Source: Heteronotia binoei
Taxonomy: Eukaryota
DNA: 64,000 nucleotides
NCBI RefSeq assembly: GCF_032191835.1
Contig: NC_083231.1
Span: 126,418,001 to 126,482,000, forward strand
Reading direction: 5' to 3'
Below are positions 24,301 to 33,800 of this stretch, one piece after another. Numbering within the stretch: position 1 is the stretch's first letter; every line of letters begins with the position of its first letter. The notes below the pieces were generated by a model, which saw nothing but the letters and a program-made list of their open reading frames with translations, was not told the DNA's origin and ran no database searches. A program made the translations under genes and the position numbers.

Positions 24301-24465
24301 CAGGACTGAAGGCAGGGGATGTCCTGGTGGAAATCAACGGGCAGCCTTCGCAGCGGGCAGAGGGATGTCTACAAGGCAGTGCGGACACAGCCCCACTTGG
24401 CCCTGCTGGTGCGGCGAGGCCCCGAGTCCTTGCAGCTGACCATCACCCCGGAGGTCACGGACTAG
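12324..24465 (+). CDS. HTRA2: HtrA serine peptidase 2 (mitochondrial; trypsin-like protease plus PDZ), 8 exons, ~366 aa after correcting a +1 frameshift in exon 8
   Basis: Exons 12324-12550, 14604-14808, 15076-15270, 15417-15449, 15701-15809, 16029-16098, 24096-24191 and 24299-24465. Catalytic motifs TNAHVV, DIA and GNSGGPLVN; [11 protein letters not shown]; C-terminus ITPEVTD. The start codon and the exon 1 frame are less certain. Confidence 0.93.
12551..13919 (+). repeat. Minisatellite in HTRA2 intron 1 (copy B), ~20 units, derived from the exon 1 3' end
   Basis: Unit core cgtctccatggagatcctgagcgg resembles the exon end cgtctacgtggagatcctgggcag. Confidence 0.95.
13920..14273 (+). mobile_element. 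CR1 LINE 3' fragment
   Basis: CR1 ORF2 C-terminal peptide (ORF 13909..14163), a (GT)n(AT)n 3' UTR and a ttcttatg tail. Confidence 0.92.
16397..19578 (-). repeat. Tandem array (~47 x 67 bp) of the CR1 3' terminus in HTRA2 intron 6
   Basis: Unit cataagaacataagagaagccctgttggatcaggccagtggcccatccagtccaacactctgtgtca is the reverse complement of the CR1 tail seen single-copy at 14205-14273. Confidence 0.95.
19579..22900 (-). mobile_element. Near full-length degenerate CR1 LINE (ORF1 esterase-type plus ORF2 EN/RT)
   Basis: ORF1 pieces 22025-22741 carry Cys motifs, GDSILR and VHVGTND. The endonuclease ORF 20571-21803 carries YTNARS, GISETWW, GDFN and GSSDH. RT pieces 19569-20525 carry YLDFQKAFD and KFADETK. 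There are several frameshifts, and the 5' boundary is approximate. Confidence 0.92.
23047..23213 (+). mobile_element. Short CR1 3' fragment
   Basis: atagccaccttcaagagggg...ggcttctcttatgttctt, the same tail family as 13920-14273. Confidence 0.88.
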
Positions 24466-24926
24466 GGCGGGCAGGGCACTGGATTCTGGCTGGGAGCCGC
24501 CTCTCTGCCCCCCCCCAGGAGGTCTGCACAGGGGGGCCTCCCTCTCCCTGCCTCTGCTCTTGGCAAGGTGGCGGGACCCTGCAGGGGGAGGAAGGCCAGG
24601 CCAGTGGGCACCTTGTCCTTTCGCTGGCAGTCCTCCGCAGAGCAGGCTGAAGCAGTGCTGTGGGGAGGGGGCCAGCCTGCATCTGGCCGGAGCAGCAGAA
24701 CTGCTTAGCGACAAGGAAGCCCGCAGCTGCATACAGCTTTTGGGGGTGGAAACCCTCGTCCCTCACGGAGACCCAGGGGTTGCGTTTGCCCTGCTGGTGT
24801 CGGTTCAGACCCTGCCCCAGTATGGAGAAGGTTCTAGTCGCGACTCTGTGATTCAAGAGGTTCCCTCGTGGGGAAGGGGAGCTGAAGGGCAGATGAAGAA
24901 AAAGAATCTTCCAGAGGAGGAGGAGG

Positions 24927-24932
24927 AATAAA
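24927..24932 (+). terminator. Probable HTRA2 polyadenylation signal AATAAA
   Basis: aataaa ~460 nt after the TAG at 24463-24465. Confidence 0.55.
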
Positions 24933-25289
24933 AGGACGGCAACTAAGATGGAAGTAAAGAAACGCTTGGATTCTGCCAGCTCTCTCTGTATTCTTTGGGA
25001 AGGGTTTTGTGCTTGGAGTTGAAGCTCTTACGACAGTCGTGTTGGTGAACCCCTCGGAAGCAGCCGGGCCCTGTGTTTGGGGTGGGGCAGGCCAGGCCTG
25101 GGAGGTCTCTGGTGGTCCTGGCAAAGCCCTTGCTGCTGCATGGCCAGAATCGCAGCTGGAGCCTCGTTCCCAACCACCCTCAAGGCCAAGGCCGGGGCAA
25201 GGCACTAGTGCTGCAGGAGGGCAGTGCCAGGCTTGGCTTCTTGGAAGCCAGATGCTCACCAGAGCTTGTTTCTCTGCTTGCCCCACAAG

Positions 25290-28200
25290 GGGGAGGCCAG
25301 GGAAGGGGTGGCGGCTGTGCCCTGAGGGGCAGCTGTGCCACCAGGGGGGGCCAGGGAAGGGGTGGGCGGGTTGTGCCCGGGGGGGCAGCTGTGCCCCTAG
25401 GGAGATCCAGGGGAAAGGGGAGTGGGCGGTTGTGCCCTGAGGGGCAGCTGTGCCACCAGGGGGGGCCAGGGAAGGGGTGGGCGGTTGCCGCGGGGGGGGG
25501 CAGCTGTGCCCCAAGGGGAGATCAGGGAAGGGTGTGGGCGTTTGTGCCGGGGGGGCAGCTGTGCCACAAGGGGGGGGCCAGGGAAGGGGTGGGCGGTTGT
25601 GCTACAAGGGGGGGCAGGGAAGGGGTAGGCGGTTGTGCTGGGGGGGGCAGCTGTGCCACAAGGGGAGATCAGGGAGGGTGGTGTGTTTGTGCCCGGAGGG
25701 GGCAGCTGTGCCACAAAGGGGGAGGCCAGGGAAGGGGTGGGCGGTTGTGCCCGGGGGGGCAGCTGCTGCCACAAGGGGAGATCAGGGAAGGGGTGGGCGT
25801 TTGTGCCCGCGGGGGGCAGCTGTGCCACAAGGGGAGATCAGGGAAGGGGTGGGCGTTTGTGCCCAGGGGGCAGCTGTGCCACAAGGGGAGATCAGGGAAG
25901 GGGTGGGCGGTTGTGCCCGGGGGGCAGCTGTGCCACAAGGGGAGATCAGGGAAGGGGTGGGGGGTTTGTGCCCGGGGGGGCAGCTGTGCCGCCAGGGGGG
26001 GCCAGGGAAGGGGGGCGGTTGTGCCCGGGGGGGCAGCTGTGCCACCACGGGGGGGCAGGGAAGAGGGCGGTTGTGCCCGGGGCGGCAGCTGTGCCACAAG
26101 AGGAGGCCAGGAAGGGGTGGGAGGGGGGTGCGGAGGGCGGTGTGCCCGGGGGGGAGCTGGGCCACAAGAGCGAAGGCAGGGGGGCTGGCTGATGCCCGGA
26201 GGGGGGAGCGCCACTGTGCCACAAGGGGGGATCAGGGAAGGGTGTGGGCGGTTGTGCCGGGGGGGAAGCTGGCACAAGGGGAGATCAGGGAAGGGGTGGG
26301 CGTGCCCGGGGGGGCAGCTGTGCCAGCACAAAGGGGAGGCCAGGGAAGGGGTGGGCGGTTGTGCCCAGGGCAGCTTGCCACAAGGGGAGATCAGGGAAGG
26401 GTGTGGGCGTTTGTGCCCGGGGGGGCAGCTGTGCCACAAGGGGAGATCAGGGAAGGGGTGGGGGCGTTTGTGCCCAGGGGGCAGCTGTGCCACAAGGGGA
26501 GATCAGGGAAGGGGGCGGGTTGTGCCCGGGGGGCAGCTGTGCCTCAAGGGGAGATCAGGGAAGGGGTGGGAGTTTGTGCCCGGGGGGGCAGCTGTGCCAC
26601 AAGGGGAGATCAGGGAAGGGATTGGGCGGTTGTGCCCGGGGGGGCAGCTGTGCCACAAGGGGAGATCAGGGAAGGGTGGGCGTTTGTGCCCGGGGGGCAG
26701 CTGTGCCACAAGGGGAGATCAGGGAAGGGGTGGGCGTTTGTGCCCGGGGGGCAGCTGTGCCACAAGGGAAATCAGGGAAGGGGGGGTGGGGCGGTTGTGC
26801 CGGGGGGCAGCTGTGCCACAAGGGGAGATCAGGGAAGGTGGGGGTTTGTGCCCGGGGGGAGCGTGCAGCCAGGTGGCCAGGGAAAGGAGGGGGCGGATGG
26901 GCGTGTGCCCGGGGGCAGCTGTGACACCAGGGGGGGCCAGGGAAGAGGGCGGTTGTGGGCCGGGGGGCAGCTGTGCCACAATAGAGGGGCCAGGGAAGGG
27001 TGGGAGGGGGCTGCTGTGCCACAAGGGGGGATCAGGGAGGCGGGGACTGTGCCACAAGAGGAGGGGTGCACAGAGGAGGCAGGAAGGGTGGGAGGGGGGC
27101 AGCTGTGCCACAAGGGGGGATCAGGAAAGGGGTGGGCGGTTGTGCCCGAGGGGGGAAGCTGTGCCACAAGAGGAGGGCCAGGGAAGGGGTGGGGGTTTGT
27201 GCCCGGGGGGGCAGCTGTGCCACCAGGGGGGGGCAGGGAAGGGGGGCGGTTGTGCCCTGGGGGGCAGCTGTGCCACAAGGGGGGGCGGGTTGTGCCCGGG
27301 GGGGGGAAGCTGTGCCACAGAGGAGGCCAGGGAAGGGGTGGGGGGCAGCTGTGCACAAGGGGGGTCAGGGAAGGGTGGCGGTTGTCCCGGGGGGGAAGGC
27401 TGTGCCACAAGAGGGAGGCCAGGGAAAGGAGGGGCCTAGGGGAGGCAGGTGCAAGGGGGGATCAGGAAGGGGTGGGCGGTTGTGCCCAGTAGCTGTGCCA
27501 CAAGGGATAGGAGGTGCGGTTGTGCCCGGGGGGCAGCTGTGCCACAAGGGGGATCAGGGAAGGGTGGTGGCGGTTGTGCCCGGGGGGCAGCTGTGCCACA
27601 AGGGGGATCAGGGAGGGGGTGGGCGGTTTGTGCCCGGGGGCAGCTGTGCCACAAGGGGAGATCAGGGAAGGGGTGGGTTTGTGCCCGGGGCAGCTGTGCC
27701 ACAAGGGGGGCAGGGGGAGGCAGGGAAAGGGGGGGGCGGTTGTGCCCATGGGGGGCCAGCTGTGCCACCAGGGGGGGCCAGGGGAAGGGGTGGGAGGGGG
27801 CAGCTGTGCCACAAGGGGGGATCAGGGAAGGGGTGGGCGGTTGTGCCCGGGGGGGGGGAGCTGTGCCACAAGAGGAGGCCAGGGAAGGGGTGGTAAGGGG
27901 GGCAGCTGTGCCACAAGGGGGGATCAGGAAGGGGTGGCCGTTTGTGCCCGGGGGCAGCTGTGCCACAGGGGAGATCAGGGAAGGGGTGGGCGTTTGTGCC
28001 CGGGGGGGGCAGCTGTGCCACCAGGGGGGGGCCAGGGAAGGGGGGCGGTTGTGCCCTGGGGGGCAGCTGTGCCACCAGGGGGGGCCAGGGAAGGGGTGGG
28101 TGGTTGTGCCCGGGAGGGGGGAAGCTGTGCCACAAGAGGAGGCCAGGGAAGGGGGGGCAGCTGTGCCACAAGGGGGGATCAGGGAAGGGGTGGGCAGTTG

Positions 28201-29165
28201 TGCCCGGGGGGGGGGAAGCTGTGCCACAAGAGGAGGCAGGGAAAGGGGTGGGAGGGGGGGCAGCTGTGCCACAAGGGGGGATCAGGGAAGGGGTGGGCGG
28301 TTGTGCCCGGGGGGCAGCTGTGCCACAAGGGGGGCCAGTGAAGGGGTGGGCGGTTGTGCCCGGGGGGCAGCTGTGCCACAAGGGGGGATCAGGGAAGGGG
28401 TGGGCGGTTGTGCCCCGGGGGGCAGCTGTGCCACAAGGGGAGATCAGGGAAGGGGTGGGGCGGTTGTGCCCGGGGGCAGCTGTGCCACAAGGGGGGGCCA
28501 GGGGAAGGGGGGGGCGGTTGTGCCCTGGGGGCCAGCTGTGCCACCAGGGGGGGCCAGGGAAGGGGTGGGAGGGGGCAGCTGTGCCACAAGGGGGGGATCA
28601 GGGAAGGGGTGGGCGGGTTGTGCCCGGGGGGGGGGAAGCTGTGCCACAAGAGGAGGCCAGGGAAGGGGGTGGTAAGGGGGGCAGCTGTGCCACAAGGGGG
28701 GATCAGGGAAGGGGTGGCCGTTTGTGCCCGGGGGGCAGCTGTGCCACAAGGGGAGATCAGGGAAGGGGTGGGCGTTTGTGCCCGGGGGGGCAGCTGTGCC
28801 ACCAGGGGGTCCAGGGAAGGGGGGCGGTTGTGCCCTGGGGGGCAGCTGTGCCACCAGGGGGGGGGCAGGGGAAGGGGTGGGTGGTTGTGCCCGGGGGAGG
28901 GAAGCTGTGCCACAAGAGGAGGCCAGGGAAGGGGGGGGCAGCTGTGCCACAAGGGGGGATCAGGGAAGGGGTGGGCAGTTGTGCCCCGGGGGGGGGGAAG
29001 CTGTGCCACAAGAGGAGGCCAGGGAAGGGGTGGGAGGGGGGGCAGCTGTGCCACAAGGGGGGATCAGGGAAGGGGTGGGCGGTTGTGCCCGGGGGGCAGC
29101 TGTGCCACAAGGGGGGCCAGTGAAGGGGTGGGAGGTTGTGCCACAAGGGGGGGAGCTGTGCTGCC
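25290..29165. repeat. G-rich ~57-64 bp minisatellite (~60-65 copies) between the HTRA2 and LOXL3 3' ends
   Basis: Unit ggggcagctgtgccacaaggggagatcagggaaggggtgggcggttgtgcccggggg. Confidence 0.95.
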
Positions 29166-29169
29166 AGAG

Positions 29170-30285
29170 GGCCCCCCTCGTCTCTCTGTTAAAAACCTCC
29201 AAGGCAGGAGAGCCCACCACCTCCCGAGGAGGAAGCCTGTTCCACTGTGGAACCGCTCTAACGGTCAGGAAGCGCTTCCTAATAGAATCCTAGAGTTGGA
29301 AGGGAGCTCCTAGGCCATCTAGTCGAACCCCCTGCACAATGCAGGAAACTCACAAACCCATCTCCCTAAATTCACAGGATCTTCATTGCTGTCAGATGGC
29401 CATCTAGCCTCTGCTTAAAAACCTCCAAGGAAGGAGAGTCCACCATCTCCCGAGGAGGAAGCCTCTTCCACTGAGGTATCGCTCTAATGGTCAGGAAGTT
29501 CTTCCTAATGTTGAGCTGGCCCAGAAACTCTTTTGATTCAATTTCAACCCACTGGTTGTGGTCTGGCCTTCTGGGGCAACAGAAAGCAATTTTGCTCCAT
29601 CCTCTATATCAGGGGTGTCAAACATGCAGCCTGAAGGCAAATCAGGCCCTTGAGCAAGTGGCTGTCATTGCTTCCTCTCTCCTGCATAAAAGCTTGCTTT
29701 GCAAGGCTTGCTCAATCGTTCAGGAGCTACAGAGTCAAGGCTCTTATTTTCAGTTGGCTGAGGCTTGTCCATTAGCGGGGAAAGGAGAGCTTGCCTTGCC
29801 AGGCTCTTTCAGTTGCACAGCAGAGCTCCTGAGCAGCCTCTCTTCCTTCTATTGGCTGAGGCTCCTCCCCCTCCTGGTCCCCTAGGGAAGCAGGAAAGAG
29901 CTTCCTTTGCCTAGTTCCCTGAATCCCAACAAGTGCTGTCTTAAGTATGTTTTAAGTAAAAAAAAGCAAAAAGCTTTGTGTTTGTGTCCGTTATAAAGTT
30001 TGTATCTCTGCTACCTAATCTTAAACAGGTATGCACATGGCCCAGCCCAACAAGGTCTCATTCGTGTCTGTTTTGGCCCTCATGAGTTTGACACCCCTGC
30101 GGGCCTTCAAGTACTTGGAGATGGTGATCCTATCACCTCTCAGCCGCCTCCTCTCTAGGCTAAACATGCCCAGCTCCTTCAACCTTTCCTCATAGGACTT
30201 GGTCTCCAGACCCCGCACCATCTTCGTCGCCCTCCTCTGGACCCCTTCCAGCTTGTCTACATCCTTCTTCAAATGTGGTGCCCAA
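29170..30285 (-). mobile_element. CR1 3' fragments of a second subfamily, split by a DNA transposon
   Basis: ORF 30021..30272 ([23 protein letters not shown]) plus tail-type sequence at 29285-29530. Confidence 0.8.
29610..30099. mobile_element. Non-autonomous hAT-like DNA transposon (MITE)
   Basis: Perfect 14-bp terminal inverted repeats caggggtgtcaaac (29610-29623) and gtttgacacccctg (30086-30099). The left flank is ctctatat, but no matching right TSD was seen. Confidence 0.8.
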
Positions 30286-30887
30286 AAGGAAAGGGAAGAA
30301 TTGGGTTCCCCCCTCCCCCGGCAGATAATTGTAAGACCTTTTTTGTATCTGTCCCTCTGTTGTCTTGAGCCCCTGGGCTGAAGTTTCCATGTTTACAGAG
30401 CTGGTGGCAAAGGGTTTCTTCCTTCCCCCTCTGTCCTCTTGGGGGGGGGGGGTCTCCTGCCCTCTCCTCACTGCCTTGCTGCCGGCCACCGCCTCTGCTC
30501 TTTCCCCAGTGCCAGCAGGGCCGCAGAGGCCACTGGGGTCAGAGGCTCCGTCCAGCCTCCCCTCCCTCCAGAAGAACCAGGCAGCAGGAGACAAGGTGGG
30601 GGCAAACCCAACACTTTATATGGGAGACAGTCCTGGCCGGGAGGGGCCACCCCACTCCTGGGGGGGCAGGAGGGTGCCAGGCAGGGGCTCCAGAGCTGGG
30701 CCCTTGCAGTCGAGTGCCAGCCTGCTTATGGAGTGGCTGCCTGGCCCCCGTGCTGTGCTGCTGCTCCTCCTCCTCTGGGGCTGTGCTGGATCCGCTGCTG
30801 GCGAGTGGGCAGCAGGGAGCTGGGCCAGAGCGCCATCCTCCCCGCCCCACTGGGTGCAGCTGGCGCAGGGGCGAGCGGAAGGTGTGG

Positions 30888-33800
30888 CTACACAACTTGG
30901 TTGTTCAGCTGTCCGGGATACTGTTCAAAGCGCCTGCTCGCCTCCTCGCTGAGAGCGTCTCCTGCAAGAGGGATGGAGGGGGGACTGAGCCCTCCCCAGC
31001 AGCAGGGCCTCCCCTCCCCTCCCCCCCTCCCCCTCCCCCCCCCGCCTGCTCCAAACCTATGTGGCAGCTGTGGACCCAGATGCGGTGCCCGTCATATTTG
31101 CAGTTGCACTTCATGGCGTTGTTGGTGAAGTCGCTCTCGGCCACCTCGTAGCGGGGGTTGATCACCACCTGAGAGGGAGCCCTCGGTCAGAGGGGCCCCG
31201 AGGCCCACCAAGCAAAGCCCCCGCCTCTTGCGCGCAGAAGAGCTCCAGGCCCTGGGCTAGGCTGGCAGCAGACGGGAAAGGCGTTCCTCAGCCTGCCCCC
31301 CCCCCCCCCCGCTGTCACCAGAAAGAAGGTGGGGGAAGGGCTCTGTGGGCAACAGGCTGCTCCTCTCCCCCAGCAGGGAGGATCTGGCCGCTCTCCGGGC
31401 CCAGAGGTGGCCTCGCCCGCCCTCCCTGCCAGGGCAAAGCCAGAGCAGCCCCTTGAAGACTCCAAGCCCCCCTGCTGGGGATGGAGAAAGCAAGGTCTCC
31501 GCAAGGGCCTGTGCTAGGCTCTGCCGTGGCTCACCTGCAGAATGTAGTTCCCGGGCCGGACGTCTGTGATGTCGATCCACTGGCAGTCGATGTCGTGTCG
31601 ATAGAGGTCCCAGCAGCCCACAGTGATGCCCTGCTCTCCAAAGTTGGCACACTCGTACCGCTTGCCCACATCTGCCAGAGGAAAGGAGCGCAAGGGAGGG
31701 GGGGGGACGGGCATCCGGTGCTGCCTTTGGCTTCCCTCCTCCTCCCTGCCCAGTCAAGGAGACTGGAGGAAGGCCAGGGCACAGGCAGAGGGCACTGTGG
31801 CTTCACAGTCATGCCCGTGTGCCCGCCCCTGACGCGGCTGGTCTGCAAGGACTCAAGAAAGGCCGTGAAGCTCTCTGAACCCTGCCCCTGCCAGCAAGCT
31901 CTTCCTGCCCCACTCACCCTCCTGGCACTCCGTGTCTTCCAAGCAGAAGCTGGCCTTGTGCCCCTCGGCCACCTTGGTGCCATTGGGGGTGAGGAGGTCA
32001 TAGTGGGTGAAAATGTCCATGCTGTGGTAGTGCCTGGGGGGGGGGGCACAAAGAGAAGGTGAGAGCCAGCAGGGAGGGAGCCCCAGGGAGACCCTTCTGG
32101 CCACCACTGCTCCTTACCCGTGGCATTCGTGCCACACCCAAGAGTGGCGCCCAGCCTTGGGGCGGAAGTCTGCCCGGCCGTTGTTGTGGATTTGAGAGGA
32201 GAAACGCAGGAGGCGCCGGTGCCCATAGGGCCAGTTGGCATTACGGGCGCTGCTCGACAAGCAGTTTTCCTCTGCCGCACAGTAGAGCATGTGCAGAGGG
32301 CGGTCCTCAATGTAGGCCGTCTCTTGCACCAACGGGGCGTGGAGCAGCAAGTCTGAGGCAGCTGCAGGAAGAGAAAGGGGCGCGAGAGAGCTAGCGGGGG
32401 GCTTAAGAACAGAAGAGAAGCCCTGTGGGATCAGGCCAATGGCCCCTCCAGTCCAACACTCTGTGTCACATAAGAACATAAGAGAAGCCCTGTTGGATCA
32501 GGCCAGTGCCCATCCAGTCCAGCACTCTGTGTCACATAAGAACATAAGAGAAGCCCTGTTGGATCAGGCCAGTGGCCCATCCAGTCCAACACTCTGTGTC
32601 ACATAAGAACATAAGAGAAGCCCTGTTGGATCAGGCCAGTGGCCCATCCAGTCCAACACTCTGTGTCACATAAGAACATAAGAGAAGCCCTGTTGGATCA
32701 GGCCAATGGCCCATCCAGTCCAACACTCTGTGTCACATAAGAACATAAGAGAAGCCCTGTTGGATCAGGCCAGTGGCCCCTCCAGTCCAACACTCTGTGT
32801 CACAGAAGAACATAAGAGAAGCCCTGTTGGATCAGGCCAATGGCCCATCCAGTCCAACACTCTGTGTCACATAAGAACATAAGAGAAGCCCTGTTGGATC
32901 ATGCCAGTGGCCCATCCAGTCCAACACTCTGTGTCACATAAGAACATAAGAGAAGCCCTGTTGGATCAGGCCAGTGGCCCCTCCAGTCCAACACTCTGTG
33001 TCACAGAAGAACATAAGAGAAGCCCTGTTGGATCAGGCCAATGGCCCATCCAGTCCAACACTCTGTGTCACATAAGAACATAAGAGAAGCCCTGTTGGAT
33101 CAGGCCAGTGGCCCATCCAGTCCAGCACTCTGTGTCACACTGTGGCCAAAATTTTATATACACACATACACTGTGGCTAATAGCCAGTGATGGACCTCTG
33201 CTCCATATTTTTATCTAAACCCCTCTTGAAGGTGGCTATGCTTGTGGCCGCCGCCACCTCCTGTGGCAGTGAATTCCACATGTTAATCACCCTTTGGGTG
33301 AAGAAGTACTTCCTTTTATCCGTTTTAACCTGTCTGCTCAGCAATTTCATCGAATGCCCACGAGTTCTTGTATTGTGAGAAAGGGAGAAAAGTACTTCTT
33401 TCTCTACTTTCTCCATCCCATGCATTATCTTATAAACCTCTATCATGTCACCCCGCAGTCGACGTTTCTCCAAGCTAAAGAGTCCCAAGCGTTTCAACCT
33501 TTCTTCATAGGGAAAGTGTTCCAGCCCTTTAATCTTTCTAGTTGCCCTTTTCTGGACTTTCTCCAATGCTATAATATCCTTTTTGAGGTGAGGCGACCAG
33601 AAATGCACACAGTACTCCAAATGAGACTGCATCATCGATTTATACAGGGGCATTATGATACTGGCTGATTTGTTTTCAATTCCTTTCCTAATAATCCCCA
33701 GCATGGCGCTGGCCTTTTTTATTGCAAACACACACTGTCTTGACATTTTCAGTGAGTTATCTACCACGACCCCAAGATCTCTCTCTTGGTCAGTCTCTGC

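Noticed and set aside
25073-29313. Long Gly/Cys-rich ORFs resembling keratin-associated or beta-proteins
   Set aside because: They come from a G-rich minisatellite with variable homopolymer lengths and constant frame switching, with no codon-preserving pattern.
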